NCBI GenBank assembly: GCA_030264375.1
Contig: JASCQW010000128.1
Span: 12,334,333-12,398,332, forward strand
DNA: 64,000 bases
Direction: 5' to 3'
Origin: Carcharhinus longimanus
Taxonomy: Eukaryota
Position numbers and translations under genes: made by a program. Below are positions 1 through 12,200 of this stretch, one piece after another (positions within the stretch are counted from its first letter, which is position 1; the number at the start of each line of letters is the position of its first letter). The notes beneath the pieces were generated by a model. The model searched no databases, was not told the DNA's origin, and worked only from the letters and a program-made list of their open reading frames with translations.

Positions 1-69
1 CGGGGCAGGCTCGAAGGGCCAGATGGCCTACTCCTGCTCCTATTTCTTATGTTCTTATGTTCTTATGTT
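1..69 (+). mobile_element. CR1-type LINE 3' end with (TTCTTATG)n tail
   Basis: GGGCAGGCTCGAAGGGCCAGATGGCCTACTCCTGCTCCTAT followed by tandem TTCTTATG. The same end recurs at 56560-56620. Confidence 0.85.
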
Positions 70-241
70 TTCCATGACACACACACTTTACAATCTGTTT
101 TCCTTATTTTAAATGGGTTTGAATGTTAAATAATGTGGAGGAGTTTAATAAAAACAGATGTGCATATTGCACAAGATTTATTTTTAGTCCATTTACTAAA
201 AACACTGTTTTAACTTTTTTATTGTCACTTCTAAAATTTAG

Positions 242-290
242 GGAAGACCGAAGTCACCGTGCACCTTCCCCAGACAACAAGATTATCAAG
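242..290 (+). CDS. CARD11: CARD11 linker exon (~human exon 11): [16 protein letters not shown]
   Basis: tttAG|GGAAGA...CAAG|GTACGT. Resembles human QRAKSPISLKRTSDFQ. Phase 0 to 1 fits the next exon. Confidence 0.8.
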
Positions 291-3200
291 GTACGTCGAC
301 ACAGCTGTAAAAAAGTTTTGAATTTGAATCTATGGTTTGTAGGACTTCCAGCGAAAAAAAATCCACTTAGTCTGAACCTATTAGGCTCTTAGACTCAGCC
401 AGTAAAATGAGATAGGATGAATCAACTGTGCAATATGACATTATTGTTAGAAGATGTACTTTATGATAAAGTTTAATACGTAAGCCCATGCACTTATGAA
501 GCAGATAGAACCACATGATCTTGTGAACTGCTTTGCATTGTTTGAGGAAAGGAATTTTCCAGGGTATTTATTTTCCTTATTGGCCCTGGGTTATTTCTCT
601 GTGCCTCTCCTGGAGATTACGTGGCGGTGGGAGGTGGGTGGGAATGTGTTTAATAATGATATTCTGCTTCGAGTGGGCTTGCTGAACCTACTGCTCCTTG
701 CCTGCCTAAAATTCAGATATTTGTAGAAAATGAAATGGTTAGTACCTTTATTTTACATCTGAATTTTTCTGCTTTGCTGCATCATTAGACACTCAGAGGA
801 AACAGTATCTTTAAAAAAGCAAGCTTGGATTTCCATACATGTCTGAGATATCTATTCCAGATGAATTTAGCTCTGAAGTTCGCATCATCTAATGCAAGTG
901 TGCAAATGCTTAATGTGTGGAAGCTTTGGGTCACTAAGCTGGTAAATAAAGGCTGTGAATGCCAATACAGAGTGTGCTTTCACTTTGGGCACCTGGGAGG
1001 TATTATTGATATTAGATTGTCCTGTAAATGGCGCCACATCTGTTTCGCCTCTTGCTTAACACCAATTTTCAGAAAAGGGAATGTAACTTCTTTCAGAGCC
1101 ATTCTTCAAAACATAAACTAAGCCAAGCCTGAAGAAAGGCGCAATCTTAACTTGTCATTCCTTTGTACAGGTGTTGCACCTGCCTGCTTGCTGCAAAAAC
1201 CTACGATTTTGTTTACATAGGGTGGAATTTAACGACCCCATTGTGTCAAGAGCAGGTGGGACTTGAACCTGAAGCTTCAGGCTCAGAGGCAGGGAAACTA
1301 CCCACTGCGCCACAATACCTCTTCCTTGTATTTATACGGTACCTTTAAAGTATTGAAATGTCCCGAGGTGCTTGCAAGGAGCATTACAAAGTAAAATTTG
1401 ACACTGAGTTACATTATGAAACATAAAAGCCTGGTGAAAGAGAGGTTTTATGGAGTGTCTTAGGAGAAGAAGCAGAAAAACAGAGACGGAGAGGTTTAGA
1501 GAAGGAATTTCAGAATTAGGATCTCGACAGGTGAAAACATGGTAAATGAAGGTGATTAAAATCGGACATGCTCAAGAAGCCGGAATTGCAGATGTGCAGA
1601 TATGTTGGAAGGTTGTGAGACTTGAAGGGTTTTTAGAGGTAGGGAGTTACAAGGCTTTGATTGTGAAATGGAGTGATTGGAAAAGATGAGAATTTTAAGT
1701 GAGAACCAAAGTAAGCCAGTGAGCACAAGGATAATAGGATGGCAAATAGGATTTGGTATCACTAAGGACATCGACAGAGTTTTGGATGACTNNNNNNNNN
1801 NNNNNNNNNNNNNNNNNNNNNNNNNNNNNNNNNNNNNNNNNNNGCAGGCCTCCCAGACTTCACCAGACAAGCGCCGAGGTGCCCCTCCCCCCCCTCCCTC
1901 GCAGCGCCACCCCCAGGAAACCCCCACCCGGATGCCCAGCCACAATCACCCCTTTCCTTCCCTCTACCAACGATCCTCTGGCAGAATGGCAGTGGGAACG
2001 ACTCCCGCCAATTGCACCCAACAGGCCATCACCTCAATAGGCCCTGCCTCCTCTGGCCCCACTCCTTTGTCACTGGCATCCCCCCTTACCCTTGGCTTCC
2101 TTTGGGGGGATGGAGGGGGCCTCCATGGCCTCTGCTCCTTCCAGTGAGGTTGGGCTGCCTATTTCTCATTAATGGGGAGCGGAGTAAACCCCACTGGAGG
2201 GAACCATTCCTGGCGAGCAGGGGGGAGACACTAGCGGGCCCAGAGACTTCAGTCCTGAGCCCGTTAATGACATTGCAATTGCAATTTAATGATGACTCCT
2301 AAAAGCTTGGAGCTGGAGATGTACAGAGGCCATGGCGCCCAACAGGGAGCCCGCTAAACAGGCTGTGCTGATGTCTCCCAGCTGTTGCACTGTTCGACCA
2401 GTTGAAGCAGGGTGGGAGAATCGCCCCCAGTGGCTTTGGTCCTCATATTACATAATTAGAGAAAATGATGTTGCTTCCCCTCAGATACATTTATACAATT
2501 CATCTTGACCAGTTTGTGTGGTTGTGAGATCCACATTCTGGGGAAAGCAGTTATTCCTGAGGTATTTAATGTATTTTTTATATTGTAGATTCCCATTGTT
2601 TTGCACTTTTTTTTTATTTATGCTCTATGGAATTTTGGAGCAGCCTGCTTTAATCTAGCCACACTCATAAACGAAAGCAAATTTATCTGTCACAATCTCC
2701 AGCACTGGAATCCGTTTCTTTTAGAAAGTTTTAGATGTGACATTAAACGAATACTGGGGTAGTCTAGCTGAAAATCTGATTCCAAATGGTAGTCATGGCA
2801 ATGTTAGCAAGAGATCAGAGCAGCAAAATAGATTACTCTTTTAAAAGGAACCACTGGAAGGAAAAAATAAATTAGCACAGATTGTTCAGTCAAGGTCCAT
2901 GCATCAAATAGCTAGTGTTTGTAATTTTAATTATAGAGTGAGCTGCTTTAAAAGGGCGCTGGCTTTGGGAAAAAAATAGGCAAAACGCTCTCCATTTGTA
3001 TGCAGACATGCAGCACAAGGTTATAAATAATATTGAAACAGACATTTAAAAATCAATTTTGCCAAGTACATCTTTGTGAAGTCTGTGCCCCTTTAGCCTT
3101 CACTTCTTCAAAACATTGGCTTTAGGAATATAATCACCCTAAATTATTTCAGAGGTCCTGTGGGCATAATGACAAAATGTTGAAAACAATATGTTGCGAT

Positions 3201-6200
3201 CATATTTCAGCTACTGAGCCTCTGCTAATTAATTTAAAATTTGAGGAATGTCCATTTGAGGAATGGCCATTCAAGTATGTATAATGACTGTTCTAACAAG
3301 CTATTTAGCTGTACGTTGTAATCTACAGAGGATTGGAAGTTGCTTCATAGCGTGATGAAATCTGCCCAGTATTCTGAAAGTATTTCTTGCCGCAGAAATA
3401 AAGATCGCCAGTATGTTTATCATCATGTGGCTGTTGTCCACACCAAATTTCTCTTCCACCCTGTATCTGCTGCTCATGTTCTTTATTTAATGCCTTTACT
3501 ATTTTGTAACTGACAAGATGAACAGAATGCTGACATAATGGGTTGAGCTGAAAGAACGGTGGCAGATTTCACAATGTGCTCTCTCTCCTCCTGACATATT
3601 GAGTCTTCTGATACATTAACTGATACATGATACCTATTGTCTAGCGTTACTGACTTTTGAACTTCCCATCCTCCAATGTGTTTAGATGAAGATTTGTCAG
3701 ATGTCAGCAGCACCAAGATGGAAACTCCTAATTCCATTAATGGCTGTGATCCTCTGAGTACAATGGTAAGTAACTTTGACAGCTATTTATAACCCTCTCT
3801 AGGCGTATTTTACTTGTCTTCCACGTTTAACGCTTTGAGAATTATTCTGGCATCAAAAACAAAGATACAATAATTTGAGAAATGTTCTGATTGAACTGTC
3901 AGAGAAAAAGTATCGAATGAAAAATGTTCGTCCGTGTCTCATCTTGACTGTTTAGTGTCAGTGGAGTCTGACTAGGCATTTCAAGTATAATACATAAAGC
4001 TCAATGAAACCTGTAAGCCATGGAGAGAATTCAATCACTGCAAATTCCCCTCTGAAATGCCAGAATCACCCTGTAATTTTGGGCTTCCATAATCTTCCAC
4101 CTAATATTATGCCAGCTAATCAGAAAATTAGTTGAAGAAACTGCTCAGAAACACAAGTAAGTGTAAAGTAGTGCAAACTTGGTGTCAAAACTGCTAATGG
4201 TGAGTTTGAGTAAGCAATTTTAGCGAACTCTACATTCAACATTAACAGAAAATGCTGGAAAATCTCAGCAGGTCTGACAGCATCTATGGGGAGAGAATAG
4301 ATGTGAGATGCTGGCATTGGACTGGGGTAAACACAGTAAGAAGTCTTACAACACCAGGTTTAAGTCCAACCGATTTATTTGATAGTAAACTCGCAAGCTT
4401 TCAGGGTTTGCCCCTTCGTCAGGTGAACTCTCCATTCACCTGAAAATTGGTCCTACATTATCACTGTAACAGCTCTTCAAAGGAGTACTTCATTAGCTGT
4501 GAAGTATTTTGGAATGTTCTGAGATTAAGAAAGGTGCTAATTAAATGCAAGTTCTTTCTTTAACAATATTTAGTTCTCAAAATTTGCAAAAACTAACAGT
4601 TTCTCTGCAGATGAGACAAGGACAGGGCATGCATATTTTTTCAATATGTTTTTCAGTACTTGAGGATAACTAAAAAGGCTATTGACTACATTAAACTAAT
4701 CTTGGTGTTAGGACACCAAGACTAATGCAGTATACAGGAAGGCCGGGTTTTTTTTATTACTTACTTGATAGTTTCTGTTCTAGTTTATGCGAATCACAAG
4801 AAAGCACCCTTAGGCAGTTTATGAAAATGGGCAACAGTCAAAGCTGACAAGCAATTAATAGTTGCTTTACAATGACAGTTCATTTATATTCTCCACTATT
4901 TGCCTTACCATTTTCCTCCTCTGTTTTGACCTCGAGGTTCTCTTCCATCTGTATTATGTTTATTATGAATAGAGAGGGCAAATGGAGAGATGAACCTCGC
5001 TGTAAAAACTGCATAATGCAAGCATTCCTGTTGTCATAGAGATCCAAAATAAACATTGCTGACTTCACCAAATGCTTTGGCAACCAATTTGATGAGCTTG
5101 GAGTGGAAGCGAGGCCACTTTGCAAATCAAATGGAACAATTTTATTTACTGTTAGGAATGTGTAGTGCACAAATGTAAATGGGAGCTCTTAGTGATGTCC
5201 CCTCATCCAAGCAGTTTGAATGCTCATGTCTTACCTGGTGATTTTGCTTTGATTAAGCATTGTAGTAACACCTGTAGCGCATTAAAAATTGAAAGTGAAC
5301 AATTAAAAGTGGGAGGTAAATGGAATGGATGAAGTGATAATAACAGTGCATGTGCTCGTTTAATTTGAAATGATTCTCTGAACCATGATATCTCAAGCTG
5401 AACTAGAAAGTTAAATTTTAGCCAGCTGCTTTGTCTGATGGTTGCTGTGCACTTGACTTTTACTCACGGTAGGTATCTCTCCAGAAAATTTGTTTCAGAA
5501 TCCGTTTTGTCATTTTGATCTTGCCAATATTCACTTTCATTCCAAAGTTCATGCTGCTGTTACTAGTCCTCCTACTGGTTATTGTAATCCTTCTTCTGTG
5601 CTTGCTACAAGTGCTTTGTCACTCCCTCCTTTGCTGAGCTTGGCCTCTGACAGGAGCTCCCATCTACTCTATTGATGTTTATTGGTGCTGATGCCATCCT
5701 GAGTCATTTTCTTGGCTATTTTTAGTGGCGGTTCACCTTATTCAATATTCAGAAAAAGGAAAGAACTAGACAGGTGCAAGAATTCAAGTATTGAGGAAGC
5801 ATACTATCTGCAGATGGAAGGTGCAATAAAGAGATAAGGATAACAATGTGAGAATAATCCACTCCCTTTGGAATTCTAGGGAGTAGAGGACATGTGGAGC
5901 GAGGTAATTCTGGAGACTGATAGACAGGCGCACAATTGGAGCTAGCAAGGAAATGATGGTCAGGTATTTCCATCACTTGTGATTTAAACAATCAAAGTGA
6001 GGTTGTCCCTGATAACCCTGGCACACCTCTGCATAGCCCTGGCATCCAACAGAGCTGCCATGAGATCCCTGTCATCTCCTCCTCATATTCCACTTCTTCA
6101 TCATCCCCATCTGAAGAGATTAGTGGCTCTTCCATGTCCTAGATTGGCAATTCCTCACCCCTTTGCATGTTTAGCATGGCACAGCAGATATGTCAATCTC

Positions 6201-9200
6201 CAGACCAGTCAAGGTATCAGAAATGCATTTGCAGCAATCCTGTGCTATGCTCTGTGACTGCCTTTGCTGAGTAGTCAACAGTGTTGCAGTGCTTTAGACG
6301 AATGCACTGGTGCCATGAGCCATGTTCTGTGGGGATCGCCCTTGTCACTCTGGATCCAGCCCTGCACTTGGGCATGGGTCTGAAATAACTGTGGTAGCTG
6401 GTAGTCCCTTGAGATGTATGGGTCATGAGAGATCCCTGGGAAATGAGCACACGCCAGTATATTCCTTTTTTGGTGTCAGAGACTACTTGACTGTTAAGGA
6501 AGTGAAACACTAAATAGCAGCTGGCAGTTCCCAGGGAGCCCCAGTAGCCACCTCTATGGAGTTGATTCCATCCAATACCTGCGGAAACCCCACAATGGCT
6601 GCTAAGTCATTTGCTGAAATGGCTATCAGCATTTGTTGAGGATCAGATGGATCTGGTGGCTCTTGAATAGGATATTTGATACCTCTTGCATTGCACATAT
6701 ATGTCACAGCTTGGGAAATATTACACATATCCCTCTTGAAGCTCTGAAATGAGCTGCTTGCAAAGAAGTTTGGAGCCACAGTTCCAAAGACACAGGGTTA
6801 CAGATCTTGTTGCGGAAGTACACATAGGTCAGTAAGCACTTCCCAGGAATGTCTTAGCCATCTCTGACATTGCCTGTCACACATCTGGAGATAGCTGGTG
6901 TGCGTTCTGAACACGTTCTGACATGCCAATGCTCTTCAGCCCTAGTTGGGCTCCTCCTGACATCACTCCCCCTCGGCTTGTACCTAGTTTTCTGATGAAT
7001 CATCTCACCCAACACCTGAGGTTGGAAAAAATGGTTTGGTTGTGAGACCCAATGTAAATCCAGAAAATGGACCATGTGAAGAAGGCAAGTAGGCTTTTTT
7101 GACATGGCCTTCGTTCCTAGAGCAGTTGCAGTTCACCAGTGGGAATGCATGGCCCTCCACAGGCTGCACCCAGAACAACTCCCATCCCACAGTAGCCTCC
7201 TCCCACAACAATCTGATTTTTGAGCTAAATTTCCTTGCAGGACTTGATATCCAGCAAGGTGGCAGTTTCTTTGTAGCCATGTCAATGGACACTAACACTG
7301 TCACCCTGTAGCTGGAGCCCATGCACCTCCACCCTCCCTCTGTCACCCTTGAGCTTCCTCCCATCTACCTTCCCCTCACCACAATATTACCTTGCTCTTT
7401 TCCCCAATCAGCCTGGAACATCCAACCATCACCCCTGATTCAGAACCATTAATCCATCTTTCATCCTCACTCTAGCACCCCCACCCTCCCACCATCATCT
7501 TAGAGCATTTGTCGTTCACCCTTTATTTTCCCTTGACCCTTCTTCAAAGGCTATTGGCCTGCCTCCTCTGAAGCTGGGCCTGCCCTGCTTTAAANNNNNN
7601 NNNNNNNNNNNNNNNNNNNNNNNNNNNNNNNNNNNNNNNNNNNNNNNNNNNNNNNNNNNNNNNNNNNNNNNNNNNNNNNNNNNNNNNNNNNNNNNNNNNN
7701 NNNNNNNNNNNNNNNNNNNNNNNNNNNNNNNNNNNNNNNNNNNNNNNNNNNNNNNNNNNNNNNNNNNCCCATCCTCTTGCCAACCCAACCACTGTGCTAT
7801 CTGAGGACCTGAGTGCCACGCTTTCCACTATCATTCATTCCACTATGGACTATCCCCTGGTCCTGTCCCCAGAGTTAGACAAAGATAAAACCTCACTTCA
7901 GCTCCAAAGGTTGAACAACCTTGTCTGGTACATGCCATCTTTAAGCTATCATGAAACAGCATGCATTGGCCATACTAAATTCTCACTCAGTGTACCCGAA
8001 CAGGTGCTGGAGTGTGGCGATTAGGGGATTTTCGTAGAAACTTCATAGCAGTGTTAGTGAAAGACTACTTGTGACACTAATAAATAAACTTTAAAAAATT
8101 TTTTAAACAAAAGACACAAGTTTCCCATGTGCCAATAACCTAATCCTGAAGGAAAAACTTAATTTGGTGTGCTTCCCAATTAACGAGTATTCATGGTATG
8201 CAAATGAATGGCAAATAGAATCCCACCACCAGGCACTGCATTGGCAGTTCTGCTGCTGGCACACTACCCACTTTGTCTCATAAAGTCAACCCACTATTGA
8301 GAAGCCAAGATTTGGGCTTTCACCTACTTACGTCCCNNNNNNNNNNNNNNNNNNNNNNNNNNNNNNNNNNNNNNNNNNNNNNNNNNNNNNNNNNNNNNNN
8401 NNNNNNNNNNNNNNNNNNNNNNNNNNNNNNNNNNNNNNNNNNNNNNNNNNNNNNNNNNNNNNNNNNNNNNNNNNNNNNNNNNNNNNNNNNNNNNNNNNNN
8501 NNNNNNNNNNNNNNNNNNNNNNNNNNNNNNNNNNNNNNNNNNNNNNNNNNNNNNNNNNNNNNNNNNNNNNNNNNNNNNNNNNNNNNNNNNNNNNNNNNNN
8601 NNNNNNNNNNNNNNNNNNNNNNNNNNNNNNNNNNNNNNNNNNNNNNNNNNNNNNNNNNNNNNNNNNNNNNNNNNNNNNNNNNNNNNNNNNNNNNNNNNNN
8701 NNNNNNNNNNNNNNNNNNNNNNNNNNNNNNNNNNNNNNNNNNNNNNNNNNNNNNNNNNNNNNNNNNNNNNNNNNNNNNNNNNNNNNNNNNNNNNNNNNNN
8801 NNNNNNNNNNNNNNNNNNNNNNNNNNNNNNNNNNNNNNNNNNNNNNNNNNNNNNNNNNNNNNNNNNNNNNNNNNNNNNNNNNNNNNNNNNNNNNNNNNNN
8901 NNNNNNNNNNNNNNNNNNNNNNNNNNNNNNNATGTGACTCCCAGCCTGTGTTCAACAGGGAGCAACTGGAGAGCTGGCTGTGTACAGATGTACGGTGTAA
9001 ATAAAGTATCTTGGTGACTGGACTTTCACCCCCATGGAGTTATTGCAGTGTCCTTGTGGCACATTTTCATTGCATCATCGATACATCACTTAAATGTTCA
9101 TTCTTCATTGTGTCTGCTTAGAACGTCAGCAGGATAGTTGGTTGCGAGGAGCCTGACATCTGCACACAAATGCTTTTTAGCAGAGAGGTCTATGGTTAAT

Positions 9201-12200
9201 TACCAGTGACAGGAGGTCTGGTGGATTACTTCAGTATCCCAGCAACGTTTCCAACTGTAATGCTGCCGCCTTAACCTATCTGAGATTAATTCACATGCCA
9301 AAATTTAAACAACTGGACATCAAACCCCTTGACCTTCCTGGTTTATTGACTTAAAGTGTAAGTCATTATTGTCATATTTAATAATGAGCCAATACTTGCC
9401 TGGCAGGAGAGAGTCAATGATCAGGCAGGTTGATTTCTGTGGCTAGGGGAGAGTCAATGATCAGGGTAGCCAATAAGGTTTAACTGAGGTATCACCTGCT
9501 GCAATTTTTCAAAGCCATCTCGGCCTTTTGGCTAAGATAAAGCATCAGGTCAAGCCTTAGAAGTGCAATACCTCATTTTGTTAGCTTGGATCTTGTTTGT
9601 CTCTCTCATGGGGACCATGAATTGGATTCAATTTAAATTTGCTTTTATGGATGGAATAAAACAATCTTTTAAGTGTTCTCATTAGTCAAGTGTTCTTTAA
9701 CTAATAAAACAAAATGAATAGACATTTTATTAAAACGAAGGTCCTCACAGCCTTCCAAAAGCAATAATGCATTCATGATTGAACAGTGCAATTCAGAGAA
9801 TTTCTATAGCCTGTTTTTTGTGTTATAGCAAACACTGAGACCCCGATTCCCCAGTGTCATGTCAACTACTCCTGAACCACCTTGCAATGATTCAATTCTA
9901 CGGAGGACTAGGGAAGAAGAACGGGAGTTGCCACATAGAAGGTAAGAGATGCCCCGTTACTGGATAGGCAGCAAGTGATATTGGAGAGTTTATGACTTTA
10001 TACAAATTGTCCCTGCTAAATGCTATCAGTGTACCATATCGCCAGACTATAAATCACTTTCAATTATTGTTACTACAAATTGTAAGGAGGACTATAAACC
10101 ATAGGAAACACCAGCCCCTAACTATCCGCACTACACACAAATGGAGCTGGTATCACAAATGTACATCATCTTGGGATTGTTTTGACACCTGCTAATCTTA
10201 AAGGGATGTTCCAGTTTCCCAAAAACCTTACAGGGCCCCATTTAGCTCTTTGCACTTTTCTCTATTTATTTCACCTTTCTCATGCTCCCAGCTGTTTTGA
10301 ATATTATTTGATCCTTTTCCAACACTTTTGATTTCTCAGATTGTTGTACATTAACTTTTTTTTCGCAAAACCTTAGAACTTCTCACGTCCCCTGAAGCAT
10401 TGCTTCAAACTGTGGAACTTCACAATTCCCACGGAAATCACTTCACTCTACAAACAAATACAAGCTTCATACCATCTGATTCCCAAATCTTTCTTACCTC
10501 CATGTTTCTCCTTGATTGGCAATCTTGGTGGTATCCTTCATGGTGGACTTAGACCTTCCTTCCAGATGTACTAAATAATTTTTTAAAATGATATGACAGA
10601 ATTAATGTATGTGCTAACACTGACCTGCTACAGTAGATTATTCTGCTAAGCTCTGAGCAGTCATTAGGTAGATTTAACAGCTAGTTACCCATCGTAAACA
10701 CTTCAGAAGACCATAGATATCCCTTAACTTTAAACTCAATATTAATACACTCATTAACAAATAGCAACCTTTCCCTCGGATTTGGCATGAAAAAATATAA
10801 TTTAATTGATCTGCCTTTTATTAATCCCTGTTAACTGTAGATGTTTGATCTCATTATGCATCGAAGCTTTAGGACTGTTTATTGAGCTTAGTTGCAAGCT
10901 GAATTTCACTGTCAGGTTTGGATACATTCTTCTGCTGAAAATTCACGTAGATACGTCTGGTTGTCTTTTCACCATTTCCTTGTGTTCACTTTAGTGCCCA
11001 TCAATATTACCGAGTGTACAACAATAAATAATAATTAGATTTTGTACTTCTGCTTATGTTTATTTCTGACCATTCAATTTGTAATGAATTTCTTTTTATT
11101 TCATTGTCATTTTAATGAATATTGCAGTTGTCAAGGTTGGGAAATGAAACCATGAATGAATCCATTTTTTTTTGTCATTCAGTTTCAGGATCAAGTAGTC
11201 CTGAGGCTCATACAACATGGTTAGATGCAGATGAATGTTCTCATCAACAACGTGTCTTTCACGTAAGCTGAGATGAGCTGCCTCCACAGCTCCAATGTGA
11301 CACCCCTGTGCAATACAAAGCATTGAATGCCAATTTAGAGATGCTTCGTACTGAATTACGGGTTAGTGTCTCANNNNNNNNNNNNNNNNNNNNNNNNNNN
11401 NNNNNNNNNNNNNNNNNNNNNNNNNNNNNNNNNNNNNNNNNNNNNNNNNNNTGAATTCAAACTTAATTTTCAGGTGTAGAAAGAAGGTATCCTAACCCAC
11501 TCCACCACCTCTGGGTAACACAGTAGTTAGCACTGCTGCCTCACCACCAGGGATCTTGTTTCGATTCCTAGCTTGGGCCACTTTCTGTGCAGAGTCTGCA
11601 CATTCTCCCTGTGTTGGCGTGGGTTTCATTCAGGTACTCCAGTTTCCTCCCACACTCCAAAAGACGTTTTGCTTAGGTGCATTGGCCATGTAAAGTTCTC
11701 TCTGTGTACCTGAACAGGCACCAGAGTGTGGTGACTAGGGGATTTTCACAGTAATTTCATTGCAGTGTTAAGCCTACTTGTGACAAAATACAAAAAAGCT
11801 GACACCTGTTCATTAAAAAATGGATGGTCTTTCACTTTGAGTAATGACTATATTTTCATATTTTGCTCAATCATCTCGTCTTATGGTAACATTTTTCCTC
11901 CTTCCATAGTGCCCATTTGAAGAAATACAGGTAAATTTTCATGAAACTCACCTGGTTTGTAACCCAAATTGCCCACTGCAAATGTTTGTCTGTATCTCTC
12001 GTCTGTTGTGCCATGCTGTACTCATGAATGTCTCGTTCTTTTGGTGAAAGTTCAGACATTAGTTGCATCTTCATTTTGGTCTTTATGTCCTGTAAACCTG
12101 GTTGTGCAGCCTGTGCAGTGGCAGATTTATGGTTTGGCCTGCTTGTTGGTGAGGAATGGAGGAGAGTGTGGTTTGAGTTGAAGGTGATACTTGACTGATT

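Noticed and set aside
123-392. 89-aa ORF overlapping the first exon
   Set aside because: Wrong frame. The CARD11-like peptide (RPKSP...DYQ) is in another frame bounded by splice sites.
8273-9004. Long ORFs in the track (also at 57620-58423 and 7516-7834)
   Set aside because: They are open only because they run through N gaps.
9392-9545. Functional U1 or U2 snRNA genes
   Set aside because: Both are truncated, lack Sm sites and 3' stems, and U1 is diverged with an internal duplication.
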